In this document: positions 1 to 9,159 of the stretch, piece by piece | Layout of the letters: every line of letters begins with the position of its first letter | How positions within the stretch are numbered: the first letter of the stretch is position 1 | DNA from: Frankiales bacterium | Lineage (GTDB): Bacteria > Actinomycetota > Actinomycetes > Mycobacteriales > SCTD01 | Assembly: GCA_025965615.1 (NCBI GenBank) | Contig: JAOPWP010000133.1 | Location: 1 to 54,277 of the forward strand | Length of the DNA stretch: 54,277 nt | Direction: 5' to 3' | Notes under the pieces: generated by a model | The model's input: the letters and a program-made list of their open reading frames with translations, nothing else | Told to the model about the DNA's origin: nothing | Databases searched by the model: none | Made by a program: the position numbers and the translations under genes

Positions 1-548
1 GCCCGGGAGAACATGTTGCGCAGCATCCCGATCACCGGGGTGATGCCGGACCCGGCGGTGACCAGGAGCAGCTTGGTCGGCAACGGGTCGGCGAGCACGA
101 AGTCGCCGGCGGCCTGACCGAGCTGCAGCATCTGGCCGGCCTTGACGCGGCGGACCAGGTGGTTGGAGACGACACCGTCGGGGATGGCCTTGACGGTGAT
201 CGAGATGCAGCCGTCGGGGCGCGGGCCGTGGGTCAGGGAGTAGTTGCGGTACAGGCGGACGCCCTCGACGTCCACGCCGATGCGGACGTACTGGCCGGGC
301 ACGTGGCCGGCCCAGTCCTTGCCGGGCTTGATGACCAGGGTGGCGGAGTCGGCGGTCTCGGCGCGGACCTCGACGATCCGACCGCGCAGGTCGGCACCCG
401 AGCGGAGCGGGTGGAACACGTCGAGCACGTCGTCGAGCTCGAGCGGCGTCACGGCCGCATCGGCGAGCCGACGCAGGCGCTGACGCAGCGTGAGCGTCTC
501 CCGACCGGCGATGGTGCCGGCCTGACGAGGCAGTGCGGTGGTGGTCAT
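1..548 (-). CDS. FNR-type FAD/NAD(P)-binding oxidoreductase, 5' part only (runs off the window start); likely electron donor for the nearby desaturase
   Basis: Absent from the ORF track because the window edge truncates it. Reverse translation from the ATG at 548-546 gives MTTTALPRQAGTIAGRETLTLRQRLRR...GQYVRIGVDVEGVRLYRNYSLTHGP...LLLVTAGSGITPVIGML. It carries the RxYS flavin-binding and GSGITP nucleotide-binding motifs of ferredoxin-reductase-like proteins. The context resembles the M. tuberculosis Rv3230c/DesA3 pairing. Confidence 0.75.
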   Translation of the reverse strand, partial: MTTTALPRQAGTIAGRETLTLRQRLRRLADAAVTPLELDDVLDVFHPLRSGADLRGRIVEVRAETADSATLVIKPGKDWAGHVPGQYVRIGVDVEGVRLYRNYSLTHGPRPDGCISITVKAIPDGVVSNHLVRRVKAGQMLQLGQAAGDFVLADPLPTKLLLVTAGSGITPVIGMLRNMFSR

Positions 549-631
549 GTATCAAGGATGCTGGACTCGAGGGGATAAAGTCCTGTCCAAGGAATGTGAA
601 GGTGCGTCCACTCTTTGTTCGGAGAGAACAA

Positions 632-1891
632 ATGTCACCCGACAACCGTGACCAGATCCAGCTGTTGTTGCCCGCCGCGGCTGCAGCGGAGATCCGGGCC
701 GTGCTGCCCGAGGTCGCCGACGACGTGGTGGCGGTGATCATCGTGGAGGTGCCGAGCTACACCGACGCCTTCTCGGGGCCGATGGGCGACATCATCCGCA
801 ACGCCGTGCAGGTCGCGCTCGGCGCCTTCCTGTCGCTGGCGACGGGCGAGCGAGGTGCCGATCCGCGCACCCCGGCAGCACCGGCCGTGGAGGGCGCCTA
901 CCAGCTCGGCCGAGGCGAGGCGCGCAGCGGCCGCTCCACCGACGCGCTGCTGTCGGCCTACCGCATCGGGGCCCGGGTCTCCTGGCGCACGATGTCGACC
1001 CGCGGGGTCGCCGCCGGGCTCGACGCCGAGACCCTGGCCGCGTTCGCCGAGCTGGTCTTCGCCTACATCGACCAGCTCTCGGCCTCCAGCGTGGCCGGCC
1101 ACGCCGACGAGCTGGCCACGACGGGGCGGGTCCGGCAGGGCTACCTCGAGCGGCTCGGCCAGGAGCTGCTCGCCGGCGCCACCCCCGACAAGCTGGTGGC
1201 GAGCGCGGAGCGGGCGGACTGGGCCCCTCCGGCCGAGCTCACGGCGGTGCTCGTGCCCTGGGTCCGGGTGCGCGGAGCCGTCTCCCTGCTCGACCCGCGC
1301 ACGCTCACGGTCTCGAGCGACCTGGGTCCGCTCGGGGCGGGCGCCACGACCACCGCGCCCGCCTCCCTGGACGAGCAGTCGATGGCGGTCCTGCTCGTCC
1401 CCGACGCCGCCGGCGTGAACCGGACGCAGCTGCTCCGGGTGCTCGCGGGGCGACCCGCGGTCGTCGGGCCGAGCCGCCCCTGGACGGCCGCCTCGGCGTC
1501 GTACCGCCGGGCCGTGCGGGCGTTCGAGATGCTCGGCTGCTTGCCGGACGAGCCGCTCGACACCGACGAGCAGCTCGCGGCGCTGGTGCTCAGCGCCGAC
1601 CCGGAGGCCCTCGCCGACCTCCGCACCCGGGCCCTCGCCCCGCTCTCCGGCCTGCGCCCCGGCACGGCCGACCGCCTGGCCGAGACCCTTCGCTCGTGGC
1701 TGCTCCACCAGGGCCGCCGGGAGCAGGTGGCGGCCGACCTCGTCGTGCACCCGCAGACCGTGCGCTACCGCATGACCCAGCTGCGCGAGCTGTACGGGGA
1801 CCGGCTCCACGACCCCGAGACGGTCCTGGAGCTGACGGTGGCCCTTGCCGTCGTCGCGCCGCGTGCCGCAGGGGCCACGGGACCGCGATGA
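632..1891 (+). CDS. PucR-family transcriptional regulator
   Basis: Lies in ORF 533..1891. The in-frame ATG at 632 (MSPDNRDQ) is the first plausible start after the divergent gene. The C-terminus LLHQGRREQVAADLVVHPQTVRYRMTQLRELYGDRL is the PucR C-terminal helix-turn-helix. Confidence 0.75.
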   Translation: MSPDNRDQIQLLLPAAAAAEIRAVLPEVADDVVAVIIVEVPSYTDAFSGPMGDIIRNAVQVALGAFLSLATGERGADPRTPAAPAVEGAYQLGRGEARSGRSTDALLSAYRIGARVSWRTMSTRGVAAGLDAETLAAFAELVFAYIDQLSASSVAGHADELATTGRVRQGYLERLGQELLAGATPDKLVASAERADWAPPAELTAVLVPWVRVRGAVSLLDPRTLTVSSDLGPLGAGATTTAPASLDEQSMAVLLVPDAAGVNRTQLLRVLAGRPAVVGPSRPWTAASASYRRAVRAFEMLGCLPDEPLDTDEQLAALVLSADPEALADLRTRALAPLSGLRPGTADRLAETLRSWLLHQGRREQVAADLVVHPQTVRYRMTQLRELYGDRLHDPETVLELTVALAVVAPRAAGATGPR

Positions 1892-1988
1892 GCTGAGCGA
1901 GAGCGCGCGTGTGGCCCCGCTGGCGGCGGGGCAGACCTGTGCACCTGCCGGTCGCACAGCGGCCGCCTGCCCGTGAGGACCCTCTCCC

Positions 1989-2987
1989 TTGACGATGACC
2001 GAGCCGGCGCTGGACGCCCCCATCACCACGATCGAGTACGACGGCGACACCGCCCGCCCGCTGCAGGAGATCCCGCGTACCCGCCTGTGGGCCCGGCTCG
2101 AGCAGATCGCCCTGGCCGCCTTCATCGCCGTGCCGCTGCTCGCGGTCCTCGCCAGCGGCGTCGTCCTGTGGGGCAACGGGCTCTCGTGGCGCGACGTCGT
2201 GCTCAGTGCCGTCTTCTACGCCGTCAGCGGCCACGGCATCACGGTCGGGTTCCACCGCTACTTCACCCACGGCTCGTTCAAGGCCCGGCGGCCGCTGCGG
2301 ATCGCTCTCGCCGTCGCGGGGAGCCTGGCGGTCGAGGGCCCGGTCACCCGCTGGGTCGCCGACCACCGCCGCCACCACGCCTACTCCGACAAGGAGGGCG
2401 ACCCGCACAGCCCCTGGCGCTACGGCACCAGCTTCCGCGCTCTGAGCAAGGGCCTGTGGCACGCGCACATCGGCTGGCTGTTCGACCTCGAGCAGACCGA
2501 TCAGAAGCGCTTCGCGCCCGATCTGCTCGCCGACAAGGACGTCCACCTGGTCAACCGGCTGTTCCCGCTGTGGGTCGCCCTGAGCCTGGGGCTCCCTCCC
2601 CTGCTCGGCGCGGCGTGGGCCGCGGCCGTCGGCGACTCCGCGGCCATGGGAGCCCTCACCGCGTTCTTCTGGGCGTCGATCGTGCGCATGGCGGTCCTGC
2701 ACCACGCCACCTGGTCGATCAACTCGATCTGCCACGCGGTCGGCGACCGCCCGTTCCTGACCCGGGACCAGTCGCGCAACGTCTGGCCCCTGGCCCTGAT
2801 CTCGATGGGCGAGAGCTGGCACAACCTGCACCACGCCGACCCGACGGCCGCGCGCCACGGCGTCGACCGCTACCAGGTCGACACGAGCGCCGAGCTGATC
2901 CGCGGGTTCGAGAAGCTCGGCTGGGCCTACGACGTGCGGTGGGCGAAGAAGGAGCGGCTCGACGCGCGCAGGGCTCCCAGGGTCTGA
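1989..2987 (+). CDS. membrane acyl-CoA (stearoyl-CoA delta-9 type) fatty acid desaturase
   Basis: Three histidine boxes are present: HRYFTH, HRRHHAYSD and HNLHHADP. Hydrophobic segments lie between them. The track start is TTG at 1989; an ATG at 1995 is an equally good start. Confidence 0.9.
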   Translation: MTMTEPALDAPITTIEYDGDTARPLQEIPRTRLWARLEQIALAAFIAVPLLAVLASGVVLWGNGLSWRDVVLSAVFYAVSGHGITVGFHRYFTHGSFKARRPLRIALAVAGSLAVEGPVTRWVADHRRHHAYSDKEGDPHSPWRYGTSFRALSKGLWHAHIGWLFDLEQTDQKRFAPDLLADKDVHLVNRLFPLWVALSLGLPPLLGAAWAAAVGDSAAMGALTAFFWASIVRMAVLHHATWSINSICHAVGDRPFLTRDQSRNVWPLALISMGESWHNLHHADPTAARHGVDRYQVDTSAELIRGFEKLGWAYDVRWAKKERLDARRAPRV

Positions 2988-3013
2988 CCCAGGAGCCCGG
3001 CGCGGCCGTGCGA

Positions 3014-3430
3014 CTAGACCGTCGTACGGGAGCGAGCGTGCTTGTCGGCCAGCAGGGCCACGCCGACCAGCAGGGCCCCGCTGAGCAGGTGCAGGACGTG
3101 GTCGGCGCCGTTGAGCGCGAAGACGTTGGCCGAGGTGTCCTCGATGAACGGGCCGAGGACGGCGAGCAGCAGGTAGACCGCGCCGATCACGAGGTTCGTC
3201 TTGCGCGCGCTCTCGGTCCGGCGCGAGGCCGCCAGCAGCGCCAACCCGATCAGCAGGTGGGTCGCGTTGTGCAGGTGGTTGACCTCGAACCCGAGCAGGG
3301 TGTTGTCGTTGGTGTCCGCGACCGTGTCGCTGACGAAGAAGCCGGCGAGGCCGACCAGGACGTACGTCGCGCCGAAGACGGCGGCGACGACGGAGTTGAT
3401 CGATCGGTTGCCGGTGCGGGTGGTGGCCAT
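3014..3430 (-). CDS. DUF4383-like small integral membrane protein
   Basis: ORF 3014..3538 trimmed to the internal ATG at 3430 (MATTRTGNRSINSVVAAVFGATYVLVGLAGF...). It has four hydrophobic helices and repeated N..H.LHLL.G motifs typical of DUF4383. Confidence 0.6.
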   Translation of the reverse strand: MATTRTGNRSINSVVAAVFGATYVLVGLAGFFVSDTVADTNDNTLLGFEVNHLHNATHLLIGLALLAASRRTESARKTNLVIGAVYLLLAVLGPFIEDTSANVFALNGADHVLHLLSGALLVGVALLADKHARSRTTV

Positions 3431-3518
3431 GACGATCTCCAGGACGAGGGGAGGGATCACTGCGACGCGCTGGTACCCGTGGGGCGATGATCGACGCGTG
3501 CCTGGGTAGGCGTCCGGC

Positions 3519-4337
3519 ATGCCCGTCCTGGTCGGCACCTCCGGTTGGCAGTACGACGACTGGCGGGGGCGCTTCTACCCGCCCGAGCTGCCCAAGGGTC
3601 GCTGGCTCGAGCACCACGCGGCCGCCTTCGCGACGACCGAGGTCAACAACAGCTTCTACCGGCTGCCCGAGCGGACCGTCTTCGAGCAGTGGGCGGCCCG
3701 GACCCCCGACGACTACGTCGTCACGGTGAAGGCGTCGCGGTTCCTGTCCCACATCAAGCGACTGAAGGACCCGGCCGAGCCGGTCGCTCGGCTGATGGAG
3801 CGGGTGGCAGGGCTCGGCGACAAGGTGGGACCGGTGCTGCTGCAGCTGCCCCCCACGCTCCAGAGCGACCCGGTCCTGCTGGACGACTGTCTCGCCTGCT
3901 TCCCGGCGAGCACGCGCATCGCCGTGGAGCCGCGCCACGGGTCCTGGTGGAACCCGGACCTGCGCGACGTCCTCACGGCACGCGGGGCCGCGCTGGTCTG
4001 GGCCGACAAGTACAGCCAGCCGGTCGCTCCGCTGTGGCGGACCGCCGACTGGGGCTACCTGCGGCTGCACGCCGGTGGGGGCGACGACGTGTTCCCGTAC
4101 GACGACGGCGTCCTGCGCGACTGGGCCGTGCGGCTCGCCGAGACCTGGGACGACTCCGAGGACGCCTTCGTCTACACCAACAACGACCCCGGTGGAGCCG
4201 CGCTGCGCGACGCCGTCACGCTCGCCGGGCTGCTGCGGGACCAGGGCCGCACGCCCACCCGCGTGCCGGCACCGGAGGAGGTCTCAGGCCAGGTGCACGT
4301 GCCCAGGAAGCGCCACACCACGGCCTTGCCGAGCTAG
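3519..4337 (+). CDS. DUF72 family protein
   Basis: The N-terminus MPVLVGTSGWQYDDWRGRFYPPELPKGRWLEHHAAAFATTEVNNSFYRLP is the DUF72 signature. The reading frame is clean with high GC3. Confidence 0.8.
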   Translation: MPVLVGTSGWQYDDWRGRFYPPELPKGRWLEHHAAAFATTEVNNSFYRLPERTVFEQWAARTPDDYVVTVKASRFLSHIKRLKDPAEPVARLMERVAGLGDKVGPVLLQLPPTLQSDPVLLDDCLACFPASTRIAVEPRHGSWWNPDLRDVLTARGAALVWADKYSQPVAPLWRTADWGYLRLHAGGGDDVFPYDDGVLRDWAVRLAETWDDSEDAFVYTNNDPGGAALRDAVTLAGLLRDQGRTPTRVPAPEEVSGQVHVPRKRHTTALPS

Positions 4338-6088
4338 CCGTCGAGCTGCTGCTCGTAGAGCTCGAGCCAGGTGTCCTCGAGCGCCGCCTTCTCGACCTGG
4401 AGCGCGCGCAGCTCGTCGTCGAGGCGGGCGACCGCGGTGAAGTCGGCTGCCTTCTCGGCCATCTCGGCCTGAAGCTTCGCGCCCTTGGTGTCCAGGCGCG
4501 CGATCTCGCGCTCGACCCGTGACAGCTCCTTCTTGGCGGCCCGCGAGTCACCGCCGCCCTTCGACTTCGGAGCTGCCGCCGGTGCGGCCCTGCGGCGCTT
4601 GGCGAGGTACTCCTCGACGCCGCCAGGCAGCGCGGCCACCGAGCCGTCGCCCATCAGGGACGCCGTCGTGGTGGTGACCCGCTCGAGGAAGTAGCGGTCG
4701 TGGCTCACCACGATCAGGGTTCCGGGCCATCCGTCGAGCAGGTCCTCGAGCGCGTTCAACGTGTCGATGTCGAGGTCGTTGGTCGGCTCGTCGAGCAGGA
4801 TCACGTTCGGCTCGCCCATGAGCAGCCGCAGGATCTGCAGGCGCCGGCGCTCGCCACCGGACAGGTCGCCGACCCGGGTCCACTGGGCGTTGCCGGTGAA
4901 CCCGAAGCGGTCGGCGAGCGAGGACGCGCCGATGGTCTTGCCGCCCCCGAGGTCGACCACCTTGGCCACCTGCTCGACGGCTTCGAGGACCCGGAGCGTC
5001 GGGTCGAGCTCGGCCACCTCCTGCGACAGGTAGGCCGGCTTGACCGTCTGCCCCACCACGACGCGGCCGGCGTCCGGCTCGAGCTGCTGGACCAGCAGCT
5101 TGAGCGCCGTCGACTTGCCCGCACCGTTGACGCCCACGACCCCGACCCGGTCGCCGGGACCGATGTTCCAGTCGACGGCGTCGAGCAGCACCTTGTCGCC
5201 GAAGGCCAGCGACACGGCGTGCAGCTCGTAGACCGTCTTGCCGAGCCGCGCCGCAGAGAAGCGCTGCAGCGCGATGTCGTCGCGCGCCGGCGGCTCGTCC
5301 GCGATCAGGGCGTTGGCGGCGTCGATGCGGAACTGGGGCTTCGACGTCCGGGCCGGCGGGCCACGCCGCAGCCAGGCCAGCTCCTTCTTGACCAGCTGCA
5401 GGCGCTTCTGCTCCGCCGTCGAGGCCATCCGGTCGCGCTCGGCGCGGGCGAGGACGTACGAGGAGTAGCCGCCGTCGTAGGAGTCGACGACCCCGTCGTG
5501 CACCTCCCACGTGGTGCTGTTGACCTCGTCGAGGAACCAGCGGTCGTGAGTCACCACGAGGTGGGCCTGGGTCGGGCTGCGCTGGACCAGGTGGGCGGCG
5601 AGCCAGGCGACCCCCTCGACGTCGAGGTGGTTGGTCGGCTCGTCGAGGACCAGCAGGTCCCACTCCTGCACCAGCAGGGCGGCGAGGGCCACCCGACGCC
5701 GCTCACCACCGGACATGGTGCTGATCACGCTGTCGAGGCCCATGTCGTGCAGCCCGAGGCCGTCGAGCACCTCGCGCACGCGGGCGTCGCCCGCCCAGGT
5801 GTGCTCGGCTGTCTCGCCCAGGATCGCCTGGTGGGCGGTCAGGGCCGGGTCGACGCGGACGTCCTGGGTGAGCAGGCCGATCCGCAGGCCGCTGGAGTGC
5901 GTGACCCGCCCGGAGTGCGGCTCCTCGTCCTTCACGAGCGTCTTGAGCAGCGTCGTCTTGCCGCCGCCGTTGCGACCGACGACGCCGATGCGGTCGCCCT
6001 CGGAGACACCCAGCGACACGGAGTCGAGCAGCAGGCGGGTCCCGTGGGCGACGGTGACGTTCTCGAGGTTCAGCAGGTTGACGGCCAT
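4334..6088 (-). CDS. ABC-F family ATPase (two ABC domains plus a C-terminal coiled coil; Uup-like translation factor type)
   Basis: ORF 4334..7033 trimmed to the ATG at 6088 ([16 protein letters not shown]...). Two Walker A sites are present (GRNGGGKTT, GVNGAGKST), along with two LSGGE signatures (MSGGERRR, LSGGERRR). There are no transmembrane segments. The tail is charged and coiled-coil-like (KKELSRVEREIARLDTKGAKLQAEM). Confidence 0.9.
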   Translation of the reverse strand: MAVNLLNLENVTVAHGTRLLLDSVSLGVSEGDRIGVVGRNGGGKTTLLKTLVKDEEPHSGRVTHSSGLRIGLLTQDVRVDPALTAHQAILGETAEHTWAGDARVREVLDGLGLHDMGLDSVISTMSGGERRRVALAALLVQEWDLLVLDEPTNHLDVEGVAWLAAHLVQRSPTQAHLVVTHDRWFLDEVNSTTWEVHDGVVDSYDGGYSSYVLARAERDRMASTAEQKRLQLVKKELAWLRRGPPARTSKPQFRIDAANALIADEPPARDDIALQRFSAARLGKTVYELHAVSLAFGDKVLLDAVDWNIGPGDRVGVVGVNGAGKSTALKLLVQQLEPDAGRVVVGQTVKPAYLSQEVAELDPTLRVLEAVEQVAKVVDLGGGKTIGASSLADRFGFTGNAQWTRVGDLSGGERRRLQILRLLMGEPNVILLDEPTNDLDIDTLNALEDLLDGWPGTLIVVSHDRYFLERVTTTTASLMGDGSVAALPGGVEEYLAKRRRAAPAAAPKSKGGGDSRAAKKELSRVEREIARLDTKGAKLQAEMAEKAADFTAVARLDDELRALQVEKAALEDTWLELYEQQLDG

Positions 6089-7143
6089 CAGGCGTGCACC
6101 ACCCTGGCGCCGGGCGCCGGCCCGCTGGCCTGGCGCACGCCGTCGCAGGTGCCCGACCGCTCCAGCGCCGCGGCCAGCGCCTTCCCGTGCCCGTCGTCGC
6201 GGGCGAGCACGGCGACCGTCGGGCCGGAGCCCGACACGATCGCGCCCAGGGCACCGGCGGACCTGGCGGCCTCGAGCAGGGGGCGCAGGGACGGCGCCAG
6301 GGCGAGCGCGGCCGGCTGGAGGTCGTTGCCCAGCGCGTGCCCGAGCGCGACCGCGTCCCCGCTGCGCAGGGCAGCGAGGACCTCGGACGGGTCGGACACC
6401 ACGCCCACCGGGCCGGTCTCGCGCTGCCGGTCGAGCTCGTCGTAGACCGCGGGTGTCGAGAGCCCGAGGTCGGAGAGGGCCAGCACCCAGGAGTAGCTGC
6501 CCTGCCCGAGCACCGGGGTCAGCCGCTCCCCGCGGCCGGTCCCGAGCGCCGTGCCGCCGTGCAGGGAGAAGGGGACGTCGCTGCCCAGCTCGGCGGCGCA
6601 CCGCGCGAGCTGGTCCCTGGTCTGCAGGGCGCCCCAGAGGGCGTCGCAGCCGACGAGCGCCGCCGCCGCGTCGGCCGAGCCGCCCGCGCAACCACCGGCG
6701 ACGGGGATGCCCTTGCGCAGGTGCACGGCCACCCGGGGGTCGTTCCCGCTGCGCTCGGCGAGCAGCACGACGGCCCGGGCCGCCAGGTTCGTGGCATCGA
6801 GCGGCACGAGGTCGGCGCCCGGGCCCTCCACGGTCACCGTCAGGGCGTCGGCCCGCTCGATCGTCACCTCGTCGTACAGCCCCACGGCCTGGTAGACGGT
6901 CGTGAGGTCGTGGAAGCCGTCCGGTCGCAGCGCCCCCACCGACAGGTGCAGGTTGAGCTTCGCCGGAGCGCGTACGAGGACGCGGTCGGGCGTGGGACGG
7001 CGAGGCAGGACTGGCTCCAGGGACTCGAGGCACGACGGGAGGCTGACCGTCAGCCTACGGGCGGCCGCCGGGCGGCCCCTGCGCGGCGGGCGCGGAGGCG
7101 GTGGCGGCGAGGCGGGCGAAGTCCTCGACGCCGAGGACCTCAC
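6088..7143 (-). CDS. ispE: 4-diphosphocytidyl-2-C-methyl-D-erythritol kinase
   Basis: [37 protein letters not shown] and the GHMP kinase motif [15 protein letters not shown]. It sits downstream of rsmA, as in mycobacteria. The start is uncertain: the only canonical start is GTG at 7143, which overlaps rsmA by 89 nt (see findings). Confidence 0.85.
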   Translation of the reverse strand: MRSSASRTSPASPPPPPRPPRRGRPAAARRLTVSLPSCLESLEPVLPRRPTPDRVLVRAPAKLNLHLSVGALRPDGFHDLTTVYQAVGLYDEVTIERADALTVTVEGPGADLVPLDATNLAARAVVLLAERSGNDPRVAVHLRKGIPVAGGCAGGSADAAAALVGCDALWGALQTRDQLARCAAELGSDVPFSLHGGTALGTGRGERLTPVLGQGSYSWVLALSDLGLSTPAVYDELDRQRETGPVGVVSDPSEVLAALRSGDAVALGHALGNDLQPAALALAPSLRPLLEAARSAGALGAIVSGSGPTVAVLARDDGHGKALAAALERSGTCDGVRQASGPAPGARVVHA

Positions 7144-7933
7144 CGCGCGCGCCGGGGTCCAGCCCCGCGGCGCGAAGGCGTTGCTCGGCGGTCGCCGCCG
7201 ACCCGGCCCAGCCGGACAGCGCGGCGCGCAGGGTCTTGCGGCGCTGGGAGAAGGCGGCGTCGACGACTGCGAAGGTCTGGAGGCGGTCGCCTGCAGGCGG
7301 CGGACGGCGCCGGAACGCGACCAGCCCGGAGTCGACGTTCGGGGCCGGCCAGAACACGTTGCGACCGATGACCCCGGCCCGGCGCACCTCGGCGTACCAG
7401 GCGGCCTTGACCGACGGCACGCCGTAGGTGCGGCTCCCGGGCGGGGCGACGAGCCGGTCCGCCACCTCGGCCTGCACCATCACCAGCCCGCTCCGCAGGG
7501 ACGGCAGGTGCTCCAGCAGCCGGAGCAGGACCGGGACGGCGACGTTGTAGGGCAGGTTGGCGACGAAGGCCGTGGGGCTCGGCCCCGGGACGGACGTGAG
7601 GGTCAGGGCGTCCTGCAGGACCACCTCGAGCCGGTCGGCCCGGTCGGGAGCGCGTGCGGCCACCGTGGCCGGGAGCTCACCGGCGAGCACCGGGTCGATC
7701 TCCACGGCGACGACCCTGGAGGCGACCTCCAGCAGTCCGAGGGTCAGGGAGCCGAGGCCCGGGCCGACCTCGACCACGACGTCGTCGACCCCGACACCGG
7801 CCACGCGCACGAGGCGCCGGACGGTGTTGGGGTCGATGACGAAGTTCTGGCCGAGGGTCTTGGTCGGGCGCAGCTGCAGACGGCTCGCGAGAGCCCGGAC
7901 GTCCGAGGCTGTCAGCAGTCCCGAGTCAGCCAT
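7055..7933 (-). CDS. rsmA: 16S rRNA (adenine1518/1519-N6)-dimethyltransferase
   Basis: [16 protein letters not shown] and [12 protein letters not shown] (SAM-binding site), plus [12 protein letters not shown] at 7933. Also known as ksgA. Confidence 0.9.
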   Translation of the reverse strand: MADSGLLTASDVRALASRLQLRPTKTLGQNFVIDPNTVRRLVRVAGVGVDDVVVEVGPGLGSLTLGLLEVASRVVAVEIDPVLAGELPATVAARAPDRADRLEVVLQDALTLTSVPGPSPTAFVANLPYNVAVPVLLRLLEHLPSLRSGLVMVQAEVADRLVAPPGSRTYGVPSVKAAWYAEVRRAGVIGRNVFWPAPNVDSGLVAFRRRPPPAGDRLQTFAVVDAAFSQRRKTLRAALSGWAGSAATAEQRLRAAGLDPGARGEVLGVEDFARLAATASAPAAQGPPGGRP

Positions 7934-7971
7934 GGGGACTGTCTAGCGGACCCGCGCGTGAGGAGGGCGGA

Positions 7972-9159
7972 TCAGCTGAACAGGCGGCGGCCGCACTCGG
8001 GCCACTGACCGGCCCCGCTGCGGTCGTACAGCAGCTGCGCGCGGTAGGTCTGCTCGCCGGAGCTCGCGTCGATCGGGTCGCCGCTGCCACCCACGCCACG
8101 CCAGGTCTGCAGCGAGAACTGGTACAGCCCGCGGTAGGTGCCGCTCGGGTTGACCGCCCGGGGGTTGCCACCCGACTCGCACTGCGCCAGAGCAGCCCAG
8201 TTCAGGCCCGCCGACCCGGTACCGGCCCGGGGACCGGAATCCTGGGCGGCGGCCGGGGCGCTCGGCGCCGCGGCGACGCGCGGCGCGGCCGCCGGCTTGG
8301 GCTTGGTGCCGACCGAGACGACGCGGTTGACCGGGGCGGTCACGGTCGTCGTCGCGACGACGCTGGTGCTCTCGACGGCGCCGTCGACGATCACGCGCTC
8401 GGTGGTTCGTCGCTCGACGCCGGCCTTGCCGGCGCTGACCTGCCTGGTGACGCCGACGAGGAGCGCGGGGTCGTCGCGGCGCTCGGTCGTGAAGGGGACG
8501 GCGACGTCCTCGTCGACCCGCTCCGAGGCGACCCGCGCCACGTTGATGGCGAGGTCCGGGACCACCGGGTCGGTCTGCGGCAGGGACACGCGGTCGTCGG
8601 CGTCCAGGGCGATGCCCTGCTCGACCAGGGCCGCGCCCACGGTCGTCGCGGTGCTCTGCCGCTCGTGGGTGACGCCGTCAGCGGTGAGGGTGATGCGCTT
8701 GGGGGTGACGACCTCGAGGGTGAGCCCCTCGAGCGGGATGCCTCGCGAGCGGGACGCCGACAGGGCGAGCCCGGGCTGGCGCAGACCCACCTGGTCGAGG
8801 GCCTCGTCGACCGACGCGGCGGTCACCCACACGGTGCGCTTCTGGCCGTCGACGACGAGCTCGAGCTGGCGCCCGCGGCGCACGGCGATCCGGGCACCGT
8901 CCTCCACCCGCGCGCCGGCCGAAGGCACGACCGAGTCGTGCTCGCCGACGGAGACGTCGGCGGCGTCGAGGACAGCGGAGACGGTGCCGCCTCGGAACGA
9001 CACCTCGCGCGGCTGGCCGTCGATCGACAGGGTGGCGTCCTTGCCGGTGAGCGCCCACCCGGTGGCGCCCAGCAGGACGAGCACGAGGGCGGTCAGCAGC
9101 ACGACGAGGGCCGGGCGGCGCACGGCAGTGGGCAGGGCAGGCAGGTGCGGGGGGTTCAC
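7972..9159 (-). CDS. rpfB: resuscitation-promoting factor RpfB-like (signal/TM, DUF348 repeats, G5, lytic transglycosylase-like Rpf domain)
   Basis: ORF 7972..9696 trimmed to the in-frame GTG at 9159 (VNPPHLPALPTAVRRPALVVLLTALVLVLLGA..., an N-terminal TM). The C-terminal Rpf domain reads LNWAALAQCESGGNPRAVNPSGTYRGLYQFSLQTW. The tatD-rpfB-rsmA-ispE order matches M. tuberculosis Rv1008-Rv1011. Confidence 0.85.
   Translation of the reverse strand: MNPPHLPALPTAVRRPALVVLLTALVLVLLGATGWALTGKDATLSIDGQPREVSFRGGTVSAVLDAADVSVGEHDSVVPSAGARVEDGARIAVRRGRQLELVVDGQKRTVWVTAASVDEALDQVGLRQPGLALSASRSRGIPLEGLTLEVVTPKRITLTADGVTHERQSTATTVGAALVEQGIALDADDRVSLPQTDPVVPDLAINVARVASERVDEDVAVPFTTERRDDPALLVGVTRQVSAGKAGVERRTTERVIVDGAVESTSVVATTTVTAPVNRVVSVGTKPKPAAAPRVAAAPSAPAAAQDSGPRAGTGSAGLNWAALAQCESGGNPRAVNPSGTYRGLYQFSLQTWRGVGGSGDPIDASSGEQTYRAQLLYDRSGAGQWPECGRRLFS

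Noticed and set aside
1590-4070. 826-aa minus-strand ORF spanning the PucR 3' end, the desaturase, the DUF4383 gene and part of the DUF72 gene
   Set aside because: The translation is Arg/Pro/Gly/Ala-rich junk with no motifs. It is antisense or off-frame to four genes that have clear family signatures. This is a typical high-GC shadow ORF.
4334-6088. ABC-F protein as an antibiotic-resistance (ARE) determinant
   Set aside because: It sits in the conserved housekeeping position after ispE and has a Uup-like C-terminal coiled coil. Nothing in the sequence alone indicates an ARE-type linker, so no claim is made.
4700-6445. 581-aa plus-strand ORF, plus several others (5631..6905, 6094..7371, 6902..8008), opposite the ABC-F/ispE/rsmA genes
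   Set aside because: They are antisense to well-supported genes, and their translations lack any recognisable domain.
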